64,000 nt of DNA, taken from contig CAVXYC010000020.1 in the NCBI GenBank assembly GCA_963765765.1, positions 736,001 through 800,000 of the forward strand, read 5' to 3'. The position numbers were made by a program, and so were the translations under genes. This stretch comes from an uncultured Chloroflexia bacterium. Lineage in GTDB: Bacteria > Chloroflexota > UBA6077 > JACCZL01. The notes beneath the pieces are model-generated. The model searched no databases, had not been told where the DNA came from, and was given only the letters and a program-made list of their open reading frames with translations. Positions 31,564 to 41,511 of the stretch are shown here, piece after piece (position 1 is the stretch's first letter; each line of letters begins with the position of its first letter).

Positions 31564-33364
31564 GTGGATACACGCAACGATCGGGGTCTCTATCGGCGGC
31601 TGATCGAGCAGATGCGACCCTACTGGCCACACCTGCTGGGCATCGTCATCCTGAGTTTCCTGTCTATCCCGGTATCGCTCATGACACCAATCCCGTTGAA
31701 GATCGCAGTGGACAGCGTCATCGGGTCCCAGCCGCTTCCGGCTCCGTTGGAGTTTTTCCGGCCACTCGTGGCGCCATACGGCGAGAGCGGAACGCTTCTG
31801 CTGGTAGCCGCGCCTTGTGGTCGTGATTGCACTGGTTAATCAGCTCCTCGAGTTGAGCCGGACGCTGCTCCAAGCGTACACGGGCGAACGCTTAGTGTTC
31901 GGCTTTCGTGCCCAAGTCTTTCGCCACGTCCAGCGCTTGTCGCTCGCCTATCACGACACACGCGGGACGGCAGACTCCACGCACCGAATTCAGTACGATA
32001 CGCCCGCGATACAGTGGATTGCTATCGACGGCGCTATAGGGCTCCTAGGGGCGACTTTAACGATCTCTGGGATGGTTATCATCACCGCCAGGATCGATTG
32101 GCAGCTTGCGCTGGTCGCGTTAGCAGTATGTCCCTTGCTCCTGCTCATTTCGGCTTTGTTCAGTAAACGGATGCGGACGGAGTGGTCGATGTTCAAGCAA
32201 CTGGAGAGTTCTACGCTCTCCGTTGTGCAAGAGGTTCTCACTGCTCTCCGCGTTGTCAAAGCGTTCGGGCAAGAGGACCGGGAGCAGGCCCGTTACACTC
32301 ATTACTCCGGAGCGGGCATGCGGGCCCGCGTACGGATCGAGTCCTTAGAGGCCGGCTTCGCACTTGTAGTTGGCTTGATCACCGCACTGGGTGTTGCCAG
32401 CGTGCTCTTCATCGGCATCCGGCACGTACAGGCCGGGATACTGACCCTCGGTGAGCTTCTCATCGTAATGACGTATCTTTTCCAGCTCTACGTACCACTC
32501 CAGACGATTAGCAAGAAGTCGGGCGATGTCCAGGCCTCGCTGGTCGGCGCGGAGCGAGCGTTTGGCCTCCTGGACGAGTCGCCCGACGTGACCGAGCGAG
32601 CGAACGCCAGGCCGCTCGAACGGGCAGCCGGCGCCATAGCTTTTCAGAACGTATCGTTCGCCTACACGGCGGACCACCCCGTCCTGGACCGTGTGTCGTT
32701 CGAGATTGGTCCCGGAACTCGCGTCGGGATTGCCGGTACGACGGGTGCGGGCAAGACCACGCTCGTCAGCTTGCTGACCCGATTCTATGACCCTACCGGC
32801 GGCCACATTCTGCTCGACGGAGTCGACCTTCGTGACTACAAGCTAGCCGACCTTCGCAATCAGTTCGCCATCGTCCTCCAGGAGCCCGTGCTGTTCTCGA
32901 CTACTATCGCGGAGAATATCGCCTACGCGCGTCCCGGGGCTGACCAGCATCAGATTCTTCAAGCCGCGAAGGATGCCAATGCTCATGAGTTCATCATGCG
33001 CCTCCAGAATGGTTACGATACGCAAGTCGGCGAACGCGGGATGCGTCTATCCGGCGGCGAGCGTCAGCGCATCTCGCTGGCTCGTGCGTTCCTGAAGGAT
33101 GCGCCTATCCTAATCCTCGATGAGCCCACCAGCTCAGTGGACGTCAAGACTGAGGCCGCAATACTCGAGGCAATGGATCGCCTCATGAATGGCCGCACGA
33201 CTTTTCTGATCGCGCATCGCCTGACGCTGCTCGAGAGCTGTGATCGCCTTGTTCTAATTGAACACGGAGGCCTGGGAGCCTTCACATCGGATGTGGCAGC
33301 GGCCATTCACGACCGCATCGCCACCAGCCCGCGCGGCGCGGCGGTATCTGGGGCTCCTTCATGA
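31564..33364 (+). CDS. ABC exporter, fused permease and ATPase (frameshift ~31810)
   Basis: TM domain, GTTGAGKTT, LSGGERQR, LILDEPTS. Confidence 0.92.
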
Positions 33365-33948
33365 CCGACACCACGTCCCAGAAGCCCGGATACTGGACCG
33401 GCGGAGAACTGCCGAAGAACGTTCGGGTGGGTGTCAACAGTGTCATCAGCGGCGATTACATTACCGGGGATCTGGCCTTCCGACGATTCTTCAGTCGCGC
33501 CGAACCGGCCCTCACAATCGGCGACCACTGCACTATGGAAGGCGTCCTGTTCAATATTGAAAAAGAAGGTCGCGTGACAATTGGCGATTATTGTCATTTC
33601 AGCGATGCTTTTCTCATCTGCGAGCTGGAGATCCGCATCGGAAGTTACGTTGTCATCGGGTGGCACACCACTATTGCCGACTCGGACTTCCATCCAATAG
33701 GGACGACGGAGCGAATCGCCGATGCGATCGCCTGCTCGCCGCTCGGGAAGGACCGGCCTCGGCAACCGGCTGTCCGACGGCCCGTCGTTATCGAGGATGA
33801 CGTTTGGATAGGACCGAACGCGACGATCTTAAAGGGAGTTCGCGTCGGAGCTGGGGCGCTCGTAGAGGCGGGCTCGGTCGTGGTACGTGATGTCCCGCCA
33901 CGAGCCCGGGTCCTTGGGAATCCGGCGCAGCTTATCGGAGAAGTCTGA
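33361..33948 (+). CDS. Hexapeptide-repeat (left-handed beta-helix) acyltransferase
   Basis: IADSDFHP, PVVIEDDVWIGPNATILKGVRVG, GNPA. Confidence 0.9.
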   Translation: MTDTTSQKPGYWTGGELPKNVRVGVNSVISGDYITGDLAFRRFFSRAEPALTIGDHCTMEGVLFNIEKEGRVTIGDYCHFSDAFLICELEIRIGSYVVIGWHTTIADSDFHPIGTTERIADAIACSPLGKDRPRQPAVRRPVVIEDDVWIGPNATILKGVRVGAGALVEAGSVVVRDVPPRARVLGNPAQLIGEV

Positions 33949-33953
33949 CCGCG

Positions 33954-34538
33954 ATGGCTCCCGGCTGGACACTTCCGGAGGACTGGTTCCCGGGCATGAT
34001 CCCGGATAACGTCGTCGCTGATGAGACGGCCTATGTGGGGACGAGCTACAGCTTCTCCCGCTATCGCAGCGAGGCGCCGGTGGGCGTGCGCATCGGCCGC
34101 GCTGCCTCCTTGTGCGAGGCAACCGTTTTTGATGTCGGACCCCGTGGGCGGGTCACGCTGGGCGACTTTTCGCTCATCACCCTGGCGCTCATCGTCTGTG
34201 ACGAGGAGGTAGAGATCGGCGATTACGCGCTGCTCTCCTGGAACGTCGTGGTGATGGATACGTACCGGGTGCCGCTGAACCCGCACGATCGACGGCGGGA
34301 GCTGATACGAGCAGCCCGCCGTGAGCCTCCTTACAGTGGCATGGAGGCGGGCGGCCGTCCGGTACGGATCGGTCGCTATGCCTGGGTCGGCTTCGAAGCC
34401 TGCGTCCTGCCCGGTGTAACGATCGGCGAAGGATCCATCGTCGGCGCCCGCTCGGTGGTGGCCGAAGATGTACCACCCTATACGCTAGTCGCCGGCAATC
34501 CGGCCCGGTTCATTCGCCGCTTAGAAGAGAGAGAATAA
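33954..34538 (+). CDS. Hexapeptide-repeat acyltransferase
   Basis: PVRIGRYAWVGFEACVLPGVTIGEGSIVGARSVV..VAGNPA. Confidence 0.9.
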   Translation: MAPGWTLPEDWFPGMIPDNVVADETAYVGTSYSFSRYRSEAPVGVRIGRAASLCEATVFDVGPRGRVTLGDFSLITLALIVCDEEVEIGDYALLSWNVVVMDTYRVPLNPHDRRRELIRAARREPPYSGMEAGGRPVRIGRYAWVGFEACVLPGVTIGEGSIVGARSVVAEDVPPYTLVAGNPARFIRRLEERE

Positions 34539-34541
34539 CTT

Positions 34542-35723
34542 TTGACTATGGTGCGCAACAAGTCGTCAAATGGCAAGGTTGTAGTTTTTGGGGGTATGTT
34601 TTGGTACCCCTTTGCCGGCACGGTTTACCAGTTCCTCCATTACATGATCGGACTACGTCGGCTAGGTTACGACCCATATTATGTAGAAGACCCTGGTGGT
34701 TGGTTCTACGATCCTGACATATATAAGCCGTCGACCGATGCGGCGCGGAATGTTAGCGTTGTGGCCCCAATCCTTGAGTCTTACGGCTTTGCGGATCGCT
34801 GGGCCTTTCGCGCGAATTATCCTGGCGGGTTATGCTGCGGACTTACCGAGTACGAGTTGCTGAAGCTTTACCAGGAGGCAGATGCACTATTAAATGTGAC
34901 GGGGATACAGGAAATTCGTGATGAGCACCTCGCGTGTCCACGACGAATCTACATTGAATCTGACCCATTTTTCACTCAAGTGAGAGCGTTTCAGGGTGAC
35001 CCGGTGACAATCGCTCAGCTTGATCTCCACGACACGCATTTCAGCTTCGGTGAGAACCTAGGGTCGCCAGATTGCGACGCTCCGGAGGGGCGAGTTCACT
35101 GGCTGCCAACGCGACAGCCTGTGGTTCCCGATTTGTGGGACAACCCGGAATCGGAGGACGCCAACTGCTATACAACAGTAATGACGTGGCACAACGCTCA
35201 TAAGGATGTCACTTACCGGGGCGATACGTATTACTGGACAAGGATCGTGAGTTCATAAACTTTATCGACTTGCCGAGCCGGTGCGACGTATGCTTTTGAG
35301 TTGGCGGTAACGGCGGACGAAGACTTGAGCGAGCTACTACATCCACACGGGTGGTCTGTGGTGAGTGCACGCGACATATCGAGAGATATGAATCGTTATC
35401 GCGCCTTTATCCAGCGTTCCAGGGGAGAGTTCACCGTTGCGCGGGATCAGTATGTGCGCCCGCGCACGGGCTGGTTCAGCGACCGGAGCGCCTGCTACCT
35501 GGCGGCTGGCCGGCCGGTTATCACTCAGGAAACCGGCTTCAGTAAGGTTCTACCCTCGGGCACGGGACTGTTTGGCTTCAAGACGGTGGAAGAAATCACC
35601 GCGGCGCTTGATGCGATCGAGCGAGATTACAAGCGCCACTCTCGCGCAGCTCGCGAGATCGCGGACGAATACTTCGCCGCGGAGAAAGTACTGTCTAGTC
35701 TCATGGTTCGTTCAGGTCTGTGA
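34542..35723 (+). CDS. Glycosyltransferase-like protein, GT-B/CgeB-like C-terminus (two frameshifts ~35240-35300)
   Basis: YQFLHYMIGLRRLGYDPYYVED, IYIESDP.FTQ, WLPTRQPVV, YRAFIQRSRGEF, GWFSDRSACYLAAGRPVITQETGF. Confidence 0.75.
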
Positions 35724-36589
35724 AGATGCGACTTAACGACTCTCATCCGTCATTACCCCACCAAGACGCCGACTTGGATGAGTCGCCTAGGGAGACACAC
35801 GGCGACCACGTTCAACTTTTCCTCCACTTGCCGAAGACGGGAGGGACGACCCTCAACGAAATCGTCTACGCCCAGCACGCGGGACCTGAGCCACGCCCGC
35901 GATCAAGTACTGAGGAAGAATGGTTCCATTGGGGTGTCTACCACTATCCATCTGGGTTCTATCAGGATGATATGGCTAACCTTTCACCAGAGATTGTATC
36001 GAGGATGCAAAAAGACGATGTAAAGGCCGTAGTGGGTCACTTTAGTTTTGGCCTCGATGAATATCTTTGTCGCCCGAGTACTTATTTTACGATGGTTCGA
36101 GACCCTATTGAGAGGGTTATTTCATTGTATCATCACATTCTACGATACTCGGGAAGAGATGATCCAATGCACCGTCGAATCAAAGATAATTATGTGAATT
36201 TATATGACTTCGTTTCAGATATACAGAACCACGAAGTTCATAACTGTCAGACGCGACGATTGGCAGGAATACACCCAGACTACGGTGGACAGTCAATCGA
36301 TATTCTGGATATCGCGAAATCCAATATTGATAAGTACTTCAGATTTATCGGCGTTACTGAAAGATTTTCTGAAAGCATTATGGCACTAACTACTTTGATG
36401 AACTGGAGAGATGTTGAATACCTCTCTTATCATGTGAACGATAGTCGCCCTAGATCGAACGATCTGTCATTTGTAACTCGTGAACTGATTGTAAGTCAAA
36501 ATAAACTTGACATAGAACTTCATCAATATGCTAATACTATGCTTAACGCGTTGATTGAACGGCAGAGTGGGAACGCGGAGCGTGGTTAG
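35720..36589 (+). CDS. Sulfotransferase family protein
   Basis: FLHLPKTGGTT (5'-PSB), GHF, TMVRDPIERVISLY (3'-PB), IGVTERFSES, NKLDIELH. Confidence 0.88.
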   Translation: MKMRLNDSHPSLPHQDADLDESPRETHGDHVQLFLHLPKTGGTTLNEIVYAQHAGPEPRPRSSTEEEWFHWGVYHYPSGFYQDDMANLSPEIVSRMQKDDVKAVVGHFSFGLDEYLCRPSTYFTMVRDPIERVISLYHHILRYSGRDDPMHRRIKDNYVNLYDFVSDIQNHEVHNCQTRRLAGIHPDYGGQSIDILDIAKSNIDKYFRFIGVTERFSESIMALTTLMNWRDVEYLSYHVNDSRPRSNDLSFVTRELIVSQNKLDIELHQYANTMLNALIERQSGNAERG

Positions 36590-36616
36590 CGAGTTGTCAG
36601 GCCGGGACGAATACGA

Positions 36617-36938
36617 CTAGTACCCGTGTGACAGATTTTTTGGCACTGGGCTGGGCGATGCGTCTGGTCGGGCGAGGTTCAAGAAAGTCCCGGTCAGGTG
36701 GGCCGAAGCGGCACGGACCGAACGTTCGCCGCGGATCGCCGTCGGGAGCGCCCCAGCGCGCCCACTGCGGGGACGCGCGCCTGCCTCCGGTCGGCGGATC
36801 CAGGGCCGGGCCAACCGGCCGGGGGACGAGGCCATTGCCGCGTCGGTGGAGGCCAGCCAGCCCCCGTCGCCCGGGTGCGGCGGCGCTCTCGGAGGCCGGT
36901 CGGGCGGTCACTTTAGGAGTAACACGGCACGGCACTAG
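36617..36938. mobile_element. Putative IS630-like non-autonomous element or remnant
   Basis: CTAG-bounded imperfect inverted ends CTAGTACCCGTGTGAC / GTAACACGGCACGGCACTAG around a very GC-rich interior. Confidence 0.45.
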
Positions 36939-36953
36939 AGAGCCGGCTGCAGG

Positions 36954-38143
36954 CTAATACAGGGTTTGCGCCCTGACCTGCTCATCGATGACTCGGAGAG
37001 TCTCGGGGCTCGTGCGCATGTAGTCACCAATGAGCGTCTGGATGCGCTCCCCGGACAACGGGAGGATCTCCAGGCTGAGCCGATCAGCGTCGGCGAGGAA
37101 GCCTGGATCCGCGGTCATCTGTCCGAACGCCGCGCGCATGGTTGCGGCGATCATCGGATCCATGGCGGGCGGGGCGGACAGCGAGCGGGACCACCTCAGG
37201 GGCGACTCCACATACGCCAGCAGCTGTTTCGCCTGAGGCGTTGCGTTCGTGAACAGCTCCGCGGCGGTTGGCACGTCCGCGGCGAGCGGCTCACTTCTCC
37301 TGCCACCAAACTGAACCAACGGCACGATGATCCTGCTGGGCAGATCATCCGGCTTCTCCGAGAGAAATGTGATCCAGCTGAGCGTGGCGCCATCCGTCTC
37401 GCCCCTGTCAGCCGAGAGCACCACCCCGCGCTCGCCCTGGTATCCGAAACGAGGCGCGAGGTTCCATCCCAGGCCCGTCTTGAGGACCACCTGAGTGAGG
37501 TGCGCGAAGTCCCCCGGGCTCACGTTGGCGGTCCGGATCTCCTTGGTCCGCAGGGGATCGAAATTTGAGGGAGTCACCCCGGACCGCGTGTGGACCCCGA
37601 AGACGTACTGGTCAACCGACAGGGATCCCAGCCAGCTCCAGCTCGTCACGTCATAGCCAACGCCCGGCTCACCGCGGAGCTGGCTGGTCGCAACCTGGCG
37701 CTCGTGGATCCCGATCGTGAGGCCATCAGCGACGGACTCGTTGAGTCGATTAGCCATCGATCACGCCGGCCGCGCCAGGAAGATTCTCGACGACCAGCGC
37801 GGGGTTGCCCGGGAAGGAACCTTCCGTAATGCCGTGACACCAGGCGCGCCCAGGTGTCGACGCCGCCACCCGGCGGAAAGCCCACCAGAATGGACACCGT
37901 CTTTGCCTGCCAGACAGGAGCCAGGGATTGATCGACGAGACCCGAGGGAAGGGATGCGGCCGCCCCGTCCGCGAAGGACGACGCTGTTGGACCTGGACGG
38001 GCTCGTGGCTCGCGCGTGGCGGCAGGCGACGAGGAATGAGGCTGGGCCGGCTGACAGGCGAGGAGCAGAAGGAGAGCAGCAACGAGCAGCGGGAGCCAGG
38101 CACGGTCCCAATTCGGCCGAGTTCGGGAGAATCGTGTAGACAT
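36954..38143 (-). CDS. Bug/TctC-family tripartite tricarboxylate transporter substrate-binding lipoprotein (frameshifts ~37810, ~37760)
   Basis: LLLLACQ lipobox, GFPPGGGVDTWAR, VVENLPGAAG, DGLTIG, DVPTA.E, R.AF.QM..DP.F. Confidence 0.8.
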
Positions 38144-38315
38144 TATTTTGAAGGGATGTGCGAGCGCTGAGCCGCCCGCGTTGGCTTTGTAGGTCGTTGT
38201 GATCCTATGTTTCTGCGTGTCTGCTCACACGCACCCGCGATGTATGCGCGGGTGAAATGGCCGCGCCCGCGGCCGATGACGGACCGCGGGCGCGTGCGCC
38301 GAGAGCAGGAAGAAG

Positions 38316-39437
38316 CTACAAGTTCGCGGCGCGTCGCTCCGCGACGTGCTGAGAGATGAACTCGCGCATCGTGGACTTCGCACCGTTCTTAGCGCAGTCT
38401 TCCTCGAACATCTTGAGGATCGCGGGATCCTCGTCCTCATACTCGATCTGAAGGCCGCCCTTTTTCACGCTGACGTCGGCAAGCTGAGCATCCGCGGAGA
38501 AAACTCCACCCGACTTCCAACGCGCAGACCCCCAGCGGAGGGCCAGGTATCGAGCGGGCTCGGCCCCAACGTTGAAATGCTCGTGGAACCACCGATCCGG
38601 CGGCACAACCATGCTGCCTGTCTTCCACGGCACCTTACGCTTGTTCTCATCATCGCCTTCTGGCCAGAGCAACGAGAAGCCAGCGCCGTTGAGGATGATC
38701 ACGTGCGCGCCTGGCCCGTGACGGTGCGCCTTCTTGTAGGTGCCCACTGGGAACTCAGAAATGTGCGCGGCCATCGTGGAATCGGCAAGCTCGAACATGA
38801 TGTTTCGGCCGCCTGCGCCACGCTCCTTCCACTCATGGAGCTGGAGGGCGTCCGCGTCCGCGATAAAATTTGTCGAGAGCACGCGCTTCTGGTGCAGCTT
38901 GCCCTCGCGAGAGAAGTAATCCTCCTCGCCTGAGAACCGATCCGTGAACTGGTGCTCGCAGTTGAACACGAAGTTGAGATCATGGAACAGGTTCATGACG
39001 ATGGGCCGGTCCGTCACGGAAAGCATCCGCGCGGGCTGATTACCCGAGCCATTGTGGTGCTGATAGTGAGCATTCAGCGGAATCGCGAAGAGGCTTGCCT
39101 TGCCCCACTCAAACGAGAGCTTCTTATTCTCGTCGTACCACACGGTGGTGGCGCCGCTGCCATCCAGTACGTAGACGAACTCCTCGTACATGTGGCGCAT
39201 CGGGTTGGTGCTTTTACCCGCCGGGACCTCGAGAATCTGAGCGTCATTTGTGCCGCCCGTGCCATCGAGCACGATAAATGCGCCATTCACTCCGGTCCGC
39301 GCCCACGGCTTGACCTCAGTGGTCCGCAAGTCATCAACAGCAAAGCCGCGGTTGATCGGGATGTTCTCACTTGCGAGGTATTCCTCGTAATAATTGACCG
39401 GTACGACCGTGTCGAGTTTCGCCCAATCGATCGCCAT
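38316..39437 (-). CDS. Bicupin-domain protein (gentisate dioxygenase-like fold)
   Basis: RHMYEEFVYVLDGSG, PLNAHYQHHN, YKKAHRHGPG, PPDRWFHEHFN. Confidence 0.85.
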   Translation of the reverse strand: MAIDWAKLDTVVPVNYYEEYLASENIPINRGFAVDDLRTTEVKPWARTGVNGAFIVLDGTGGTNDAQILEVPAGKSTNPMRHMYEEFVYVLDGSGATTVWYDENKKLSFEWGKASLFAIPLNAHYQHHNGSGNQPARMLSVTDRPIVMNLFHDLNFVFNCEHQFTDRFSGEEDYFSREGKLHQKRVLSTNFIADADALQLHEWKERGAGGRNIMFELADSTMAAHISEFPVGTYKKAHRHGPGAHVIILNGAGFSLLWPEGDDENKRKVPWKTGSMVVPPDRWFHEHFNVGAEPARYLALRWGSARWKSGGVFSADAQLADVSVKKGGLQIEYEDEDPAILKMFEEDCAKNGAKSTMREFISQHVAERRAANL

Positions 39438-39636
39438 ATTTCCTCCTCGTTCTTGCCCCGGCCGATCTCGGCTCGGCCGAACTTAGCCTGTGAACGATAG
39501 TGAGGATAGAGCGATCGCCAGCCACCGGTCAAGCTACGCTCCGCGCAACCGCCCTCGTGCTACTAAGCGGTACGCTCCAAGCGCCGCTCAAAAGCCTTGA
39601 AGGCGTCGTTCCGGAATTAGAGTGTGACCGTGTGGC

Positions 39637-40377
39637 TTACCGTCTCTGCAAGGAAGGCTGATCGAGCAGCCAGCCGTCCGAGCCACGGACGAGCGTCCAC
39701 GTACCTGAGAAAGCCTGAGATTCGGCCGCCGTGCCCACGGTCTCCACGATCTGCACGGAGACCGTGGCCTGCCCGCCCGCCGAATTGGTAAGCGTGGCCT
39801 GTTCAACGCGAATGGAGCGTGTTTGAGCAAACCGCTGCCGGATGTTCTCATCGGGAGGGAATCGGCGGCGCATGTCTGAAGACCAGAGCTCCTCCGCACC
39901 GGCAAAATCCTTTCGATCAATGCGCCGATAGAACTCCTGCACCGTCTGCACCGGGTTGAGCATGAGCTGGCCCTCGGGCTTCACAGCACTCGGAGTCTGC
40001 GTGGACGTAGGGACGGAAGTCACCAGCGGCGTCGCGGATGGCGGAGCGGTGGACTCGGAGGTCGATTGAGCGCCTAACGGCGTCGGGGTCACTACGGTAA
40101 TCGGGGTTGCCGAAGCCACACCTGCCGGCTGTGGGATCGGCGTGGGAGTTGCCGTGGGCGAAGCTGTGGGAACGGGGGATGAAGCGGCTCTTCCTGAGGC
40201 CAATGATTCTGGTCCACCCGGCTTATTCACCGTCGGCGTTGATGAGTTCGCATGCGGCATCTGAGCCGTCAGTGCACCCAGCGGCGAGGCCAGGACAAAA
40301 CTGTAGAGCCACAGCCCCACGACTATTGGAACCAGCATCGCTAGAATAAACACGAGGCGTGTCGCCAGAGCACTCAT
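39637..40377 (-). CDS. Membrane-anchored protein with Pro/Thr linker and NTF2-like C-terminal domain
   Basis: N-terminal TM, PT-rich linker, PVQTVQEFY..DFAGA..LWS..GTWTLVR..GWLLD. Confidence 0.7.
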   Translation of the reverse strand: MSALATRLVFILAMLVPIVVGLWLYSFVLASPLGALTAQMPHANSSTPTVNKPGGPESLASGRAASSPVPTASPTATPTPIPQPAGVASATPITVVTPTPLGAQSTSESTAPPSATPLVTSVPTSTQTPSAVKPEGQLMLNPVQTVQEFYRRIDRKDFAGAEELWSSDMRRRFPPDENIRQRFAQTRSIRVEQATLTNSAGGQATVSVQIVETVGTAAESQAFSGTWTLVRGSDGWLLDQPSLQRR

Positions 40378-40552
40378 GACGGAACGTTACTGCACAGCCT
40401 GTACCCTCACAGCGATATGAGACGCGAGTTTTGTTGAATGCATGAGTCCGACTGACCTGATCCGCCCCTGCACAAGGATTGCTTGAGCCACAGGTATTTA
40501 CAGGTGCACTTTGCCCGCTCGACGTTCAGATCGGTCGACGGCGAAGGTGTAA

Positions 40553-40824
40553 TAGGACTCCGTTGGCTGTGCCAGTTCTGTCACCTGTCCCGGGCCCATG
40601 GCTCAGTCCCGGTGACACGAGTGCCCCTCGGAGATACGAATCGCGACCGCCCCCGTAGCGCGGTGGTCTTGTGCCCCGCGCCCCGCGAGGAATGCTGCGC
40701 GCGCGACGACTCCTTCGTCCCCGGGGGATCTCGGGGCGCGGGGCACAAGACCACCGCGCTACGGGGGCGGTCGCGGATTCCATCGACGCCGGTATCGGGT
40801 CCGCCAGGACTTAACGGAGTCCTA
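40553..40824. mobile_element. MITE-like or structured element, copy 2 (272 bp), with nested GTAG-REP palindrome at 40655-40762
   Basis: Perfect 12-bp ends TAGGACTCCGTT / AACGGAGTCCTA; inner arms GTAGCGCGGTGGTCTTGTGCCCCGCG / CGCGGGGCACAAGACCACCGCGCTAC. Confidence 0.78.
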
Positions 40825-41026
40825 GCAAATGTCCGTCATCTCAGGTCGGGGCCATCATACGTCGCACCCTGAACGCGGAATTTCGACCGTTGCAGCCTCC
40901 CTTTGCTGGCATGGACCATGCACCGCGAGCCCAGTCTTTCCGTGCACCCAAGAGCAGAGGTTCCCACATTTAACAGGGAACGCCTGGCACGAGGTGGACT
41001 ACAGCACCCCGCATATCGAGGGCACC

Positions 41027-41469
41027 ATGCACCTGCAACTGAAGAACCTGGCAGATCAAGTGATCGTCATCACCGGCGCCTCGAGCGGCATTGGCCTAAC
41101 CACCGCTCGGAAGGCCGCCAGCCGTGGCGCCCGCGTTGTTCTCGCGGCTCGGAGTCTCGATGCTCTGCAACAAGTGGCTGCGAAGATCTCTGCCGACGGA
41201 GGCACTGCGCACGCCGTGAAGACGGACGTGATCTCGATCTCCGACATCCAAAACCTGGCAGAGGAGGCCGTAAGCCGATTCGGCCGGATAGATACATGGG
41301 TCAACAATGCCGGAGTCTCAGTGTATGGACGATCACTGAACGTACCCATCGAGGCCCGGATGCACCCATGCTCGCGAGTGTCGCCGCGCTCGGAACGGCA
41401 ATGGCTGTGCGCTCCTACTTCAAGCATCGAGGGGTGATCTGCTCCGCGGCGCAGCGCGGCCGTTCGTGA
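41027..41469 (+). pseudogene. SDR oxidoreductase with large internal deletion
   Basis: ITGASSGIG..FGRIDTWVNNAGVSVYG stops at NVPIE and joins a hydrophobic tail (ARMHP/MLASVAALGTAMAVR); no YxxxK. Confidence 0.75.
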
Positions 41470-41511
41470 GCCATGCTATGCTCGGATCGGCAAGCGCCGG
41501 GAGGTTCAGCC

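Noticed and set aside
35290-35305. In-frame TGA as selenocysteine or readthrough
   Set aside because: The downstream coding sequence is in a different frame; an extra T in the T-run explains it
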